Positions 18,483 through 29,232 are shown, counted from the stretch's first letter. The stretch is DNA of 64,000 nt from an uncultured Alphaproteobacteria bacterium (GCA_944391715.1 CALXUP010000005.1:4277-68276), one strand, 5' to 3'. Notes: generated from the letters alone by a model not told the origin. Made by a program: numbers and translations.

Positions 18483-20609
18483 CTAAATCTGGCCGACGGT
18501 TTTTATTTTGGCTTTAGGATAAATTTCATTTTGAGACATTACAACCGTCAACGGGCGGAAACGCTCGATAATCGAACGGACAAAAGGCCGGATATTCGGA
18601 CTGGTCAGCAAAACGGCCGTTTCGCCTTTTATGGCCAAATCTTCCAATGTGTTACGGACTTTGGCAATAAAGGCCTGCAAAGCCGACGGCGCCATGGCCA
18701 ACTGGCGGTCATCGCCTTCACCGACAATTGATTCGGCAAAAGCCTGCTCCCATTCCGCCGATAAAGTTACCAGCGGGATAATGCCAAACTCATTGGTATT
18801 GGCATTTGACAACTGGCGGGACAAACGGGTGCGGACGTGCTCGGTAATCAGCATCAGGCTGCGGGTTGAGGATACGGCCTCGGAAATGCCTTCCAAAATG
18901 GTCGGCAAATCGCGGATGGAAACGCGCTCCTGCAACAGGTTTTGCAAAATTCTTTGAACGGCGCCGAGGCTGATTTTGCTCGGGATAAGCTCTTTGACGA
19001 GTTTTTGCTGTTCCTTGTCCATTTCATCAAGCAGTTTCTGGGTTTCGGCATAGGAAAGCAGTTCAGGCATATTGTCTTTGACCAGTTCGGTAATGTGCGT
19101 GGTTACAACCGTTGCCGGATCAACCACGGTATAGCCGCGGAACATGGCTTCTTCGCGATAAGACTGGTCAATCCACATGGCTTTCAATCCAAATGTCGGT
19201 TCGGTTGTTGCCTCGCCGGGCAGCGTTATCGGCTCGCCGCGCGGATCCATAACCAGCAGCTGGGTCGGACGCAGTTCGCCTTTGCCGGATTTGACTTCTT
19301 TGATGTAAATATTATATTCGTTGGCCTCAAGCTGCATATTATCCTGAATGCGGATAGACGGCATAATAAAGCCAAGCTCGGAAGCCAGCGAACGGCGCAG
19401 CGCTTTAATCTGGTCGGTTAATTTTTTATTAGTCTGCTCGTTAATCAGCGGCAACAAACCATACCCGATTTCCAAGCGAATCAGATCCATCCGCAAAGCC
19501 GTTGCAATCGGTTCGTCGGCAGCTTTGGCGACTTTTCCCTGCTTTTGTTCTTCTTCAAACACTTCCTGCGCTCTGGCCTGAGCGGCTTTTTGCTGCTTGT
19601 CCAGATAATAAGCACTGGCACCGGTTAATATGGACAACAAGACAAACGGGATAGCCGGCGTTCCGGGCAGCATTCCCAAAGCAAGAGCCAGAAAGGCGCT
19701 CATTCCCAGGGCTTTCGGATAGTTACTGACCTGTTCAAACAAGACCTTATCCGTCGAATCGGTCATACCGGCTTTGGAAACAAGAATACCGGCCGCAACG
19801 GAAATAATTAATGCCGGAACCTGGCTGACCAGACCATCACCGACCGTCAGGCGGGTATAAGTTTCGCCGGCAGCCTTAAAGGTCATATCATTTTGAACCA
19901 TTCCGATAATGATACCGGCGACAATATTAATGAACGTAATAATCAAGCCGGCAATGGCGTCTCCGCGGACAAACTTGGAAGCACCATCCATAGCTCCGTA
20001 GAAAGAGCTTTCTTTTGACAAATCTTCCCGGCGGGCACGCGCTTCGTCTTCCGTTATCAGACCGGAAGACAAATCTGCGTCAATTGCCATTTGTTTTCCG
20101 GGCATGGCATCCAAAGCAAAACGGGCGGCAACCTCGGCAATACGGCCGGAACCTTTGGTAATGACCACAAAGTTGACCAATACCAAAATGGCAAAGACGA
20201 TTACGCCGATAACAAAATTGTTACCCATAATAAAGCCGCCGAAAGCTTTAATCACCTGACCGGCAGCATCCGGCCCCATATAGCCGTCCGACAAAATCAG
20301 GCGCGTCGAGGCCAGGTTCAGCGACAGACGGTATAAGGTCGTAATCAGCAAGACCAGAGGGAAAGCGCTGAACTGGTTTGGTTTCTCAATAAAAATCGCC
20401 GTCATCAGCACCAGGCAGGAAACCGTGATGGAAAAAGCCAAAGCGATATCCAACAGCCAGGCCGGCATCGGCATAATCAAAATTACCAGCATTAAAATGA
20501 TGGACAACGCAAAGAAAATGTCACCGCGTTTGGTGGACGAAACCAAAAGGTCTTTAAAAGATTTGCCTCCAAATACCGAGGCGCCGATATGTTGCGGATT
20601 CTTGGCCAT
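18483..20609 (-). CDS. flhA: Flagellar export apparatus protein FlhA
   Basis: 708 aa; eight N-terminal TM segments; conserved FHIPEP motif region and cytoplasmic domain. Confidence 0.9.
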   Translation of the reverse strand: MAKNPQHIGASVFGGKSFKDLLVSSTKRGDIFFALSIILMLVILIMPMPAWLLDIALAFSITVSCLVLMTAIFIEKPNQFSAFPLVLLITTLYRLSLNLASTRLILSDGYMGPDAAGQVIKAFGGFIMGNNFVIGVIVFAILVLVNFVVITKGSGRIAEVAARFALDAMPGKQMAIDADLSSGLITEDEARARREDLSKESSFYGAMDGASKFVRGDAIAGLIITFINIVAGIIIGMVQNDMTFKAAGETYTRLTVGDGLVSQVPALIISVAAGILVSKAGMTDSTDKVLFEQVSNYPKALGMSAFLALALGMLPGTPAIPFVLLSILTGASAYYLDKQQKAAQARAQEVFEEEQKQGKVAKAADEPIATALRMDLIRLEIGYGLLPLINEQTNKKLTDQIKALRRSLASELGFIMPSIRIQDNMQLEANEYNIYIKEVKSGKGELRPTQLLVMDPRGEPITLPGEATTEPTFGLKAMWIDQSYREEAMFRGYTVVDPATVVTTHITELVKDNMPELLSYAETQKLLDEMDKEQQKLVKELIPSKISLGAVQRILQNLLQERVSIRDLPTILEGISEAVSSTRSLMLITEHVRTRLSRQLSNANTNEFGIIPLVTLSAEWEQAFAESIVGEGDDRQLAMAPSALQAFIAKVRNTLEDLAIKGETAVLLTSPNIRPFVRSIIERFRPLTVVMSQNEIYPKAKIKTVGQI

Positions 20610-20622
20610 TTTCAGTTACACA

Positions 20623-21972
20623 TTATCCCATTGAGGCCGGCGGTACCTGATAGCCGGCTTCTTCATATTGCTTTAGTTTGTTGCGCAGCGTCCGGATGGA
20701 GATGCCCAGAATATTGGCTGCCTGCGTCCGGTTGCCGAAAGTGTGTTTCAGCGTATCGATAATCAGCTCCCGTTCCGCTCCGGCAACCGTCTTGCCGTAC
20801 AGGGGAGTCTCTTCCGGTTTTGCTCCTCCCGACATTGCCGGAAGATTGACATCAAAGTTGATGACGGCGTTCGGATCGGTCAAAACTATCGCCTCTTCCC
20901 CAATCTCATCGCCGGCTGCAAGCAAAACGGCGCGGTGCATGGTATTTTCAAGCTCGCGGACATTGCCCGGCCAGAGATAGTTCAACAGTTTTTCTTCGGC
21001 CTCTCTGGAAATATCCCGCATCGGAACGTCGTTTAACTCGGAATATTTTTTTACAAAGTGTTTGGCCAGAACGGGAATATCGCCGGGGCGGTCTTTCAAA
21101 GCCGGGATGTTAATGTTTACAACGTTCAGGCGAAAATAAAGATCCTGCCGGAATGTTCCGTTTTTGACGGCCTCATCCAGATTGCGGTTTGAGGTTGCAA
21201 TAATGCGGGTATTGATTTTTATCGGAGATTTGCCGCCGATACGGTCAATCTCTTTTTCCTGAATGGCACGCAGCAGTTTGGCCTGAATCCGGATATCCAT
21301 TTCCGAGATTTCATCCAGCAGCAGCGTGCCGTCGGTGGCTTCTTCAAACTTGCCGATACGACGGGAAACCGCGCCGGTAAAAGCTCCCTTTTCATAACCG
21401 AAAAGCTCGGATTCCAGCAGGGTTTCCGGGATAGCCGCGCAGTTGACGGCCACAAATTTTTTATTGGCACGTTTGGAATTGTCATGAATAAAGCGGGAGA
21501 AAACCTCTTTACCGGTTCCGGACTCTCCTGTTAACAAAACACTGGCTTCCGACGGAGCAATCTGTTTGGCCATTTTCAAAACGGCCTCGGTTTTTTTGTC
21601 GCCGTAAATCAGGGCATGATTTTCCCGCGTGGCAGCGGCCAAAACCGCCCCAATCAGTTCAGGATCAGGCGGCAGCGGAATATATTCTTTGGCGCCGGCT
21701 TTGATTGCCTTGACGGCAAGCGAGGTATCGTTGGCAACACCGCAGGCAACCACCAAGACGTTTATCCTTTCGCTTTCCAGCGAGCGGATAAATTTGTGGA
21801 TGTCCAGTTTGACATCTATCATTACCAGTTCAATATTCTTGGTGCCCGAACGCAGAATCTCCAGCGCCGTCTCAATCTTATCGGCCAGCGACACTTTTCC
21901 GCCCTGGCTGATGGCAATTTTACTGGCAGCCCCAATCTGTCCGTCTAATGTGCCGACAATTAAAAGTTCCAT
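20623..21972 (-). CDS. flbD: Sigma-54-dependent flagellar transcriptional activator (FlbD/FleQ-like)
   Basis: Degenerate receiver domain; AAA+ sigma-54 interaction domain (GESGTGKE, GAFTGA); C-terminal Fis-type HTH. Confidence 0.75.
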   Translation of the reverse strand: MELLIVGTLDGQIGAASKIAISQGGKVSLADKIETALEILRSGTKNIELVMIDVKLDIHKFIRSLESERINVLVVACGVANDTSLAVKAIKAGAKEYIPLPPDPELIGAVLAAATRENHALIYGDKKTEAVLKMAKQIAPSEASVLLTGESGTGKEVFSRFIHDNSKRANKKFVAVNCAAIPETLLESELFGYEKGAFTGAVSRRIGKFEEATDGTLLLDEISEMDIRIQAKLLRAIQEKEIDRIGGKSPIKINTRIIATSNRNLDEAVKNGTFRQDLYFRLNVVNINIPALKDRPGDIPVLAKHFVKKYSELNDVPMRDISREAEEKLLNYLWPGNVRELENTMHRAVLLAAGDEIGEEAIVLTDPNAVINFDVNLPAMSGGAKPEETPLYGKTVAGAERELIIDTLKHTFGNRTQAANILGISIRTLRNKLKQYEEAGYQVPPASMG

Positions 21973-21989
21973 TTCCCCTCTTTTGACTT

Positions 21990-22343
21990 TTATTTATTTA
22001 CCGTCTTGACAATTTCCGTCATCGTAATCCCCAATTTGTCATCCACCACGACCACTTCTCCGCGGGCAACCAGATTGTTGTTGACATAAATGTCTATCGC
22101 CTCGCCGACTTTGCGATCCAGCTCGATAATCGTTCCTTTGCTCAGTTTCATCAGCTGACTGACTTTCATCTGGGCTTTTCCCAAAATGGCAGAAACTTTT
22201 ACCGGAATCTCATAAACTGCTTCCAAATCGCTGGTGGAGCCCGGAATATCAAAATCCGTCTCATTGCTGCCGGCTTTCAAAATCGGGTCGTCGCCGATGA
22301 TTGAACTCTCGTTTATCTCGTCTAATTTCAAATCTTCGCTCAT
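21990..22343 (-). CDS. fliN: Flagellar motor switch protein FliN
   Basis: C-terminal SpoA/FliN domain GEAIDIYVNNNLVARGEVVVVDDKLGITMTEIV. Confidence 0.8.
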   Translation of the reverse strand: MSEDLKLDEINESSIIGDDPILKAGSNETDFDIPGSTSDLEAVYEIPVKVSAILGKAQMKVSQLMKLSKGTIIELDRKVGEAIDIYVNNNLVARGEVVVVDDKLGITMTEIVKTVNK

Positions 22344-22388
22344 TTAAGCCCTTTCTTTTATATAAGCCGCTTTTTCCTAAATTTAAGC

Positions 22389-23117
22389 TTAGTTTTTAGC
22401 GGCGTTTTCTTCAAGCAAATTGTCAACTTTTTCCAATAGTTTGTTGCTCAAATGCTCAACACCGCCGTTTTCCCATTCTATGCGGCAATCTGCCTTGGAC
22501 AAACTCTCGTCTTTATGCAATGCGATTTTTCCTTCAAAATCGTGGAGATGCGCCAATTTGGCAATCTGCTCCTGCACCTGTCCGATAACTTCGGGGTTCA
22601 GATAAAAAGACAATTTGGCCTCTCCGCTGAAATTGGCAAAATTGTCGGCAATAAACTTGTTGACAATCTCTACGCACTGTTCTTCCAGCAAATTGGGCAG
22701 AAGTTTTTTGAACACGGCCCGGTTCAACGCCAGATATTGCGCTTCAACCTGTTTTTGAACCTCTGCGGCATTGACGACAAGGTTCATCAATTTGGCATCT
22801 ATATTGCCCAACAAATCGGCAATCTGCCGTTCCGAACTTTCCTGCGCCTCAGCCTGCCCTTTTGCATAGCCTTTCTGTTCTGCCGAGGAAACCGCGGCAT
22901 CCAACTCGTCCTGCGTATAGGTTTGCACAGGAGGTTCAACCGGTTCGGGGGCGGTAACGGATTCTTCTGCCGACGGCTCCAAAACTTCTTCTCCGGAATC
23001 GTCTTCCGCCGTTTTTTCTTCTTCCTCCGGCTCCGGTTCCGTTTTTTTGATAATTTCGTTCTCGTCAACGATTATGAAATTATCAAACATAAATTTCTTA
23101 AAATCCCCCATCAGCAA
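22389..23117 (-). CDS. flbE: FlbE/FliH-like acidic flagellar assembly protein
   Basis: Glu/Pro-rich N-terminus and FliH-like C-terminus; sits between fliG and fliN as in the Caulobacter fliF operon. Confidence 0.5.
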   Translation of the reverse strand: MLMGDFKKFMFDNFIIVDENEIIKKTEPEPEEEEKTAEDDSGEEVLEPSAEESVTAPEPVEPPVQTYTQDELDAAVSSAEQKGYAKGQAEAQESSERQIADLLGNIDAKLMNLVVNAAEVQKQVEAQYLALNRAVFKKLLPNLLEEQCVEIVNKFIADNFANFSGEAKLSFYLNPEVIGQVQEQIAKLAHLHDFEGKIALHKDESLSKADCRIEWENGGVEHLSNKLLEKVDNLLEENAAKN

Positions 23118-23126
23118 AACCTAAAA

Positions 23127-24149
23127 CTAATAAATAAGTTCATCGTTGTCTTTGCCTTCGCTGATGACAATTTCGCCATTGTTAGACAGCTCTTTGGTCG
23201 TGGCCACAACATACTGCTGGGCTTCTTCCACATCACGCAGACGGACAGGCCCCATAGCCTCCATATCTTCTTTGATGATTTTGCCGGCACGCGAAGACAT
23301 ATTGTTGAAGAACAGCTCCTTGATTTGCTCGGACGCGCCTTTCAAAGCAATTGCCAGCTTGTCTTTGTCAATATTGCGCAGCAAAATCTGAATTCCTTGC
23401 GCATCGACGCGGATAAGGTCTTCAAACGTAAACATCAAAGACTTGACGCGTTCCGCACTCTCGCGGTTGCGCTCTTCCAAAGCCTCCATAAAGCGGCTTT
23501 CGGTATTGCGGTCCAAAGAGTTGAAAATATCGGCAATAAGCTCATGCGAATCGCGACGGGTAGATTTGGAAAGATTGCTCATAAACTCTTTGCGCAGGGT
23601 TTTTTCCAAACCGTCCAAAACTTCTTTTTGTACCGAATCCATCCGCAGCATACGCATAACGATTTCCATCGCAAAATTTTCCGGCAGCAGTGCAATTACT
23701 TTTGCCGCGTGTTCCGCCTTGATTTTTGACAAGATGACGGCAATCGTCTGCGGATATTCGTTCTTTAAATAATTGGCCAAAACATGCTCATTGACATTGC
23801 CGAGCTTGTCCCACATCGTGCGTCCGGCCGGGCCGCGGATTTCTTCCATAATCACAGATACGCGGTCTTTATCCAGAGCCTTGGACAACAGTCTTTCCGT
23901 ACTTTCATAAGTTCCGATTAAGGTGCCGGTGTTCGACAGCTTATCGGCAAACTCCTGAAAAAGCTGCTCTACCACCGTGGAATTGACTTTGCCAAGCGAG
24001 GCCATAATGACGGAAAGTTCTTTGATTTCTTCATCGTCCATCATAGAAAACAACGAAGCCGAGCGTTCTTCATCCAAAGAAAGCATCAATATCGCCGCTT
24101 TCTGCTGGCCGGAAATCAGATTATAATCGTCTATTACATTTTGTTTCAT
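23127..24149 (-). CDS. fliG: Flagellar motor switch protein FliG
   Basis: 340 aa; conserved FliG middle and C-terminal domains; follows fliF. Confidence 0.85.
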   Translation of the reverse strand: MKQNVIDDYNLISGQQKAAILMLSLDEERSASLFSMMDDEEIKELSVIMASLGKVNSTVVEQLFQEFADKLSNTGTLIGTYESTERLLSKALDKDRVSVIMEEIRGPAGRTMWDKLGNVNEHVLANYLKNEYPQTIAVILSKIKAEHAAKVIALLPENFAMEIVMRMLRMDSVQKEVLDGLEKTLRKEFMSNLSKSTRRDSHELIADIFNSLDRNTESRFMEALEERNRESAERVKSLMFTFEDLIRVDAQGIQILLRNIDKDKLAIALKGASEQIKELFFNNMSSRAGKIIKEDMEAMGPVRLRDVEEAQQYVVATTKELSNNGEIVISEGKDNDELIY

Positions 24150-24166
24150 TGCATTCTTCCCGTCGT

Positions 24167-25786
24167 TTAGTTCTCATTCTGATACAGCCAGCCTCTGACA
24201 ACATTGACGGCAGCATCCGGATTTTTATCGACAAGTTCGTTAATCCGCTTGATTGAGGCGGCCTTAACCCGTCCGTCAACCTTGTTCATTGTTACCAGTT
24301 CGTCAAGATCAGAATCTTCATTATTCAGGAAATTAGACAACAGCAGGTTTTCCTCCTCGTTTTCGCCCAAGAGCCGCTGCGTCGTATTGTTGGTATCGAA
24401 AGCGTTGTTTATCAGCGGTCTGATAACCAGTAAGATAACCAGTACTGCCACGATTGCAACCCCCAGACCTTCGGCGATACGCATCAGTTCTTCTTTGGTA
24501 AAGCCCATAATCAGGATTTCTTCTTCGCTGACAACTTCCGGCGCTATTTCAACAAATTTCAGGTTTTCGACCTCGACGATATCGCCGCGGTTAGCATCAT
24601 AACCGACTGCCGATTTGACCAAAGCGCTCAACTGTTCCATTTCTTCTGCCGTACGGTCGCGATAGACTGTTTTGCCGTCAGCGCCTTTCTCATAAACGCC
24701 GTCGACCATAACCGCAACACTTAAGCGTTTGACCACGCCGGCATTTCTGACCTTGTTGCGGACGACTTTGGATATTTCATAGTTGATTGTTTCTTCCACC
24801 CGGGAATTCTGGCTGAGATTGTTGGCATTATCAACCACATTGTCGCCGTTCGGGATATTTTGTGCAACGGTTACCGGCGCCTCTCCCTCTCGCGACAAGC
24901 CTTCTTCCGTTACCGAACTTTGCGAACGGACAACCTGGCTGTCAGGGTCATAAACCTCCTCATTGGTAACGACCTTGTCCATATCCATTTCGATATTGAC
25001 TTGTGCGCGTACTTTGCCGGGGCCGACGGTTTTTTCCAGCAAATTCTGTACGGACATTGCCAGTTTACGTTCCTGCTCCATACGCATCATTTCAATATTG
25101 GCATGCTGCAGCGTTTCTTCATCATCATAATTATTGGTCAGCAAATTGCCGGCACTATCCACAATCGCCACATTTTTAACATCCAGTTTCGGCACGGCGG
25201 CGGCAACCAGTTTTTGAATCGACTGAATATTTTTCAAATCCAAAGAGCCGTGCACTGTTTTGATAACAACAGAGGCAGACGGCGCCTGTTCTTCACGAGA
25301 GAACATTTCTCTTTTAGGCAAAACAAGATGCACCCTGGCGCTTTTGATGTTGTCAACCGAACGAATCGTTCTGGCAAGTTCGCCTTCCAAAGCACGAATC
25401 AGATTAACGTTCTGCACAAAATTGGTGGAACCGAGTGCGTCGGTATTGTCAAATATCTCATAGCCGACGTTTGAACCTTTTGACGCCATTGCCAGTTCTG
25501 CCGTATCAACGCGCATTTTGTTTACCAAATCTTTCGGCACCTGAACTTCCGTGCCGTTTTTGGTCAGTTTATATTTGACATTGGCGGCCTCCAGCCGGGT
25601 AACAATCTGTTTGGCATCTTCCAATTCCAAATCCGTATATAAAACGGCATATTCCGTTGCGCTTACCTGTGTGGCAATGTAGGCAAAAAAACTAATCAAA
25701 AAGATAATAATCGCAGAAATTGACACCAAACGTCCCGGCGACAAATTCTTTATGCTTTGCAAAAAATTATTCACTAGATTCCCCAA
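24167..25786 (-). CDS. fliF: Flagellar MS-ring protein FliF
   Basis: 539 aa; N- and C-proximal TM helices flanking a periplasmic ring domain. Confidence 0.85.
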   Translation of the reverse strand: MGNLVNNFLQSIKNLSPGRLVSISAIIIFLISFFAYIATQVSATEYAVLYTDLELEDAKQIVTRLEAANVKYKLTKNGTEVQVPKDLVNKMRVDTAELAMASKGSNVGYEIFDNTDALGSTNFVQNVNLIRALEGELARTIRSVDNIKSARVHLVLPKREMFSREEQAPSASVVIKTVHGSLDLKNIQSIQKLVAAAVPKLDVKNVAIVDSAGNLLTNNYDDEETLQHANIEMMRMEQERKLAMSVQNLLEKTVGPGKVRAQVNIEMDMDKVVTNEEVYDPDSQVVRSQSSVTEEGLSREGEAPVTVAQNIPNGDNVVDNANNLSQNSRVEETINYEISKVVRNKVRNAGVVKRLSVAVMVDGVYEKGADGKTVYRDRTAEEMEQLSALVKSAVGYDANRGDIVEVENLKFVEIAPEVVSEEEILIMGFTKEELMRIAEGLGVAIVAVLVILLVIRPLINNAFDTNNTTQRLLGENEEENLLLSNFLNNEDSDLDELVTMNKVDGRVKAASIKRINELVDKNPDAAVNVVRGWLYQNEN

Positions 25787-26074
25787 TCTACTAAATTATG
25801 AATAAATATATTCCCCTGCGTTTATAATTAATCCAATTTTATCTTTTTGAAATTATTATTTTAAGCTATCCACAGGCGGTGGCTTGTGCAGTCGGTTGTC
25901 AACACCACATTACAGAGGCCGTTGCCCAATATCCATGGAGATTATTTTATGCACGCCTTGGATTCCTGCGGCGTTCCGGCTGGATTTGTGAATGACGTAA
26001 AAATATCACCTTTTTCGAACCGGGTTTAAGAATCTGCCTTGATAATTCTGCTACTGTAACAACTCCGGAAATTT

Positions 26075-26776
26075 TCAGGCTTCATCATTGTCCAAAGATT
26101 TGTCAATCGAATAACCGGTAGCGCGGACTGTTCGGATATAGTCCGGGCCGAAATCGTTTAAGGATTTGCGCAGGCGGCGGATATGCACGTCTACCGTCCG
26201 GGATTCCACATAAACGTTATCGCCCCAGACGGTTTTGAGCAGGTACTCTCTGGAAAAGACTTTTCCCGGCACTTCCATCAGCGTTTTTAACAAACGAAAT
26301 TCGGTCGGCCCGAGGTGAATGTAATTCTCTCCGCGGAAAACTTTTTTCTCGGTCAAATCCATCCGGATATCTTCATACACCAGTTCTTTTTCCTGATGCG
26401 GTTCCGGTGCCCGGCGCAGGTTGGTTTTGACGCGCGCCATCAGTTCCGGAATGGAAAACGGTTTGGTAACATAGTCATCCGCACCGGCTGAAAGGCCTTT
26501 GATTTTGTCTTCTTCTTCGCCTTTGGCTGTGAGCATAATTATCGGAATGTTTTTGATTTCAGGGTTGCTGCGAATCAGTTTGCAGATTTCAACACCGGAA
26601 ATTTCCGGCAGCATCCAATCCAGCAGTATCAGAGACGGACGGACTTTTTCTACCGCCGCCAGAGCTTTGTTGCCGCGGGCTTCATGCACAACATCATAGC
26701 CTTCTTTCTGCAAGTTATATTTCAGCATCAAGGCCAAAGATTCTTCATCTTCTATCAGCATTACGGTATATTTCAT
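26075..26776 (-). CDS. phoB: Phosphate regulon response regulator PhoB (OmpR family)
   Basis: Receiver domain (LILLDWMLPEISG, MLTAKGEEEDKIKGLSAGADDYVTKPFS) closely resembling PhoB; winged-helix C-terminus. Confidence 0.8.
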   Translation of the reverse strand: MKYTVMLIEDEESLALMLKYNLQKEGYDVVHEARGNKALAAVEKVRPSLILLDWMLPEISGVEICKLIRSNPEIKNIPIIMLTAKGEEEDKIKGLSAGADDYVTKPFSIPELMARVKTNLRRAPEPHQEKELVYEDIRMDLTEKKVFRGENYIHLGPTEFRLLKTLMEVPGKVFSREYLLKTVWGDNVYVESRTVDVHIRRLRKSLNDFGPDYIRTVRATGYSIDKSLDNDEA

Positions 26777-26827
26777 TACATTTCTCCTTCCCGTCCTGCC
26801 GAAAAGTTTAAGGCAATCGGGTTAAAA

Positions 26828-27463
26828 TTACCTTAAAGCCTCAATATTACGGGCATATTCCCCGCCGGCAAAGACAGATGTTCCTGCCACCAGGATATCG
26901 GCTCCGGCACTGATGCAGCGGGCTGCCGTCAGCGGGTTTATGCCGCCGTCAACTTCGATTTCTATTTCGCGGCTGCCGCGCATTTCCTTTATCCGGGAGA
27001 TTTTTTGCAGGCTGTTTTCAATAAATTTCTGCCCGCCGAAACCGGGATTGACCGACATTACCAACACCAAGTCAAGTTTATCGAGCACATATTCCAACAC
27101 ATCTTCCGGTGTGGCCGGGTTGAGCGAAACGCCGGCTTTTACCCCGTAGGAGCGGATTGTGGCCAATGTCTTGTCCAGATGGCGGCAGGCCTCGGCATGA
27201 ACCGTAATGATATCAGCTCCGGCAGCGATAAACCATGGTATCATCTCGTCCGGGGTATTTACCATTAAATGAACATCAAAGCAAAGTTTGCTTTTGGGGC
27301 GCAAAGCTTTGACAATTCCGGGACCAAAAGTGAGGTTCGGCACAAAACTGCCGTCCATAACGTCAAGGTGGATTATATCGGCACCGGCTTTTTCCAATGC
27401 GGCAACCTCTTCACCCAGGCGGCTGAAATCGGCAGACAAGATACTGGGGGCTATCTTAACCAT
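26828..27463 (-). CDS. rpe: Ribulose-phosphate 3-epimerase
   Basis: Start [13 protein letters not shown]; catalytic H/D motifs HLDVMDG, HLMV. Confidence 0.85.
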   Translation of the reverse strand: MVKIAPSILSADFSRLGEEVAALEKAGADIIHLDVMDGSFVPNLTFGPGIVKALRPKSKLCFDVHLMVNTPDEMIPWFIAAGADIITVHAEACRHLDKTLATIRSYGVKAGVSLNPATPEDVLEYVLDKLDLVLVMSVNPGFGGQKFIENSLQKISRIKEMRGSREIEIEVDGGINPLTAARCISAGADILVAGTSVFAGGEYARNIEALR

Positions 27464-27614
27464 CTTTCTTCTCCTTGAAATGTTTATCTGATGATATCTT
27501 ATCGACGGCAAAAAATCCAGAAAAAAGATTTTTGAACAGGCCTTGTATTTCGTTTTTCAGGAGTTATATCAAAGGCCGAAAACAGATTTTAACATTATTT
27601 TTGGAGAAGTGAAA

Positions 27615-28121
27615 ATGGGTGAAATGGCTCAACAAATCAGCAACGTTGACCGCAAAGAGCTGATTAATATGTTAAACGTGGCCTTTGCCGAAGAATGGCT
27701 GGCTTATTATCAGTACTGGATGGGCGCACAGGTGGCCGTCGGCCCAATGCGCAAAGATATTGCCGCCGAATTTATGGAACATGCCAACGAAGAGCTTGAT
27801 CATGCCCAGAAACTGGCAACCCGTATCATTGAACTGGGCGGTACGCCTCTTCTTGATCCGGATGACTGGAAGAAAACGGCGCAATGCAAATATGACGCTC
27901 CGTCCGACGATTATGTGGAAAAACTATTGCAACAGAACCTGGTAGCAGAGCGCTGCGCCATTGCCCGGTATCAGAAAATTTGTGAAATGACCGTCGGCAA
28001 AGATTTTGCCACTTTTCATATGTCCCGTCATATTCTGGACGAGGAAATCGAACATGAACAGGAAATCGGCGATTATATTGCCGATATTGCCGCCGGCAGA
28101 GAGCATATGACGCAAAAATAA
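27615..28121 (+). CDS. Ferritin-like (Dps/bacterioferritin superfamily) protein
   Basis: Four-helix ferritin-like pattern with di-iron ligands (E...EEL.H ... E.EH); start may be 27615 or 27624. Confidence 0.55.
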   Translation: MGEMAQQISNVDRKELINMLNVAFAEEWLAYYQYWMGAQVAVGPMRKDIAAEFMEHANEELDHAQKLATRIIELGGTPLLDPDDWKKTAQCKYDAPSDDYVEKLLQQNLVAERCAIARYQKICEMTVGKDFATFHMSRHILDEEIEHEQEIGDYIADIAAGREHMTQK

Positions 28122-28149
28122 TTCTTCAGACATCTCCTGAACGTAGAAA

Positions 28150-28190
28150 ACCCGTTTGAACCGTTACGGCTCAAGCGGGTTTTGTTTTTA
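28150..28190. terminator. Bidirectional hairpin terminator
   Basis: aaacccg ...loop... cgggttt followed by gttttt. Confidence 0.45.
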
Positions 28191-28206
28191 GTTTCTGACA
28201 GGTTTA

Positions 28207-28548
28207 TTAATAGTAACCGAAACAAACCAGCAAAAGCCGGTCATTCGGAAACTGCAGCAGAGCCCAGTCAGAATCCATTCCCACAACCCGGGCGCCGGAC
28301 GGAAGCTGCATATAATATTGCCGGGAACTCTTTTGGCTTGTCCAGACAATATTGAGCTTATTTCTGCGGGTAAGCGTATCCATTTGGCAAATTTTATCAC
28401 CGATGGCAAAAGGATAGTAAATGACAAAATCCTTTTTTGGCGTTCGGCCGATAACATAGCTGTAATCGTTTTGCTTTTGGCAAACGGAACATGATCCCAG
28501 TAACAGCGCAATCCCAAAGATATGAGAAAAAAATTTAAAATGTATCAT
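28207..28548 (-). CDS. Small lipoprotein, paralogue family member 1
   Basis: Lipobox LLLGSC; C-terminal motif Y..G..VV..D.DW....F.N..LL shared with the 29233 ORF. Confidence 0.45.
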   Translation of the reverse strand: MIHFKFFSHIFGIALLLGSCSVCQKQNDYSYVIGRTPKKDFVIYYPFAIGDKICQMDTLTRRNKLNIVWTSQKSSRQYYMQLPSGARVVGMDSDWALLQFPNDRLLLVCFGYY

Positions 28549-28694
28549 AGTAGTAAATTTAATAATTAATATCATAATAAAAGTAAGGATGTTTGGTTTA
28601 GCAGTATTCGGACAAAAAATCCAGAGTTAATTTTAAACATAAAAAAATCCCCGTTTAAACAAGCGTTTAAAACAGGGATCATTGATAAGCTTAT

Positions 28695-29120
28695 TCAAAA
28701 AAACGGCGAACAGCTGCCTTGATGTGTATCATCCGGCTCCGGATACCCCATATGACCGGGATATATCCGTTTGGCCGTTTCGGCATCTTCCGGAAGCAGA
28801 AAGGCAAAACCTATCGTATGCCCGGTTTCGGCGCTGATAACTACACAATTTTCTTTTTCGAACTGTTCAAGAACACAGCTTTCATTAACCGCAAAAATAA
28901 AATCCCGCTGCAAATTGCTGCGCCAGAAAATTGTTGTCTGGTTTCGGTGAAGATTGATGCTTACGGTTACTATACGTTCATTTTCCAGAAGTTCAAAAAA
29001 ACGAAAATCAAACTCCTCAAACAATCGGTCTAACCGGACGACCTGCCGTGTCTCATTATTCGTACAACCGGACAATCCGATGCTTGCCGCCGCCAATAAA
29101 CACAAAATAATTTTTTTCAT
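28695..29120 (-). CDS. Small lipoprotein, paralogue family member 2
   Basis: Lipobox GLSGC; weaker match to the same motif (IFW, VV...G...F..LL). Confidence 0.5.
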   Translation of the reverse strand: MKKIILCLLAAASIGLSGCTNNETRQVVRLDRLFEEFDFRFFELLENERIVTVSINLHRNQTTIFWRSNLQRDFIFAVNESCVLEQFEKENCVVISAETGHTIGFAFLLPEDAETAKRIYPGHMGYPEPDDTHQGSCSPFF

Positions 29121-29189
29121 ACTATAAAAATTTTAAATCAGTGTTTACCATACTTTATTTTTGACTATTTGTCCAGGATAAAAAAAAGA

Positions 29190-29226
29190 TTTGAGGCGTC
29201 CGCCTCAAATCTTTTTTGTTTTTTTT
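29190..29226. terminator. Perfect hairpin, bidirectional terminator
   Basis: aagatttgaggcg tcc gcctcaaatctt flanked by A8 and T runs. Confidence 0.55.
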
Positions 29227-29232
29227 GGGATG

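Noticed and set aside
22452-23729. 425-aa plus-strand ORF overlapping flbE/fliG
   Set aside because: Antisense to conserved flagellar genes; no motifs; Phe/Arg-rich junk translation.
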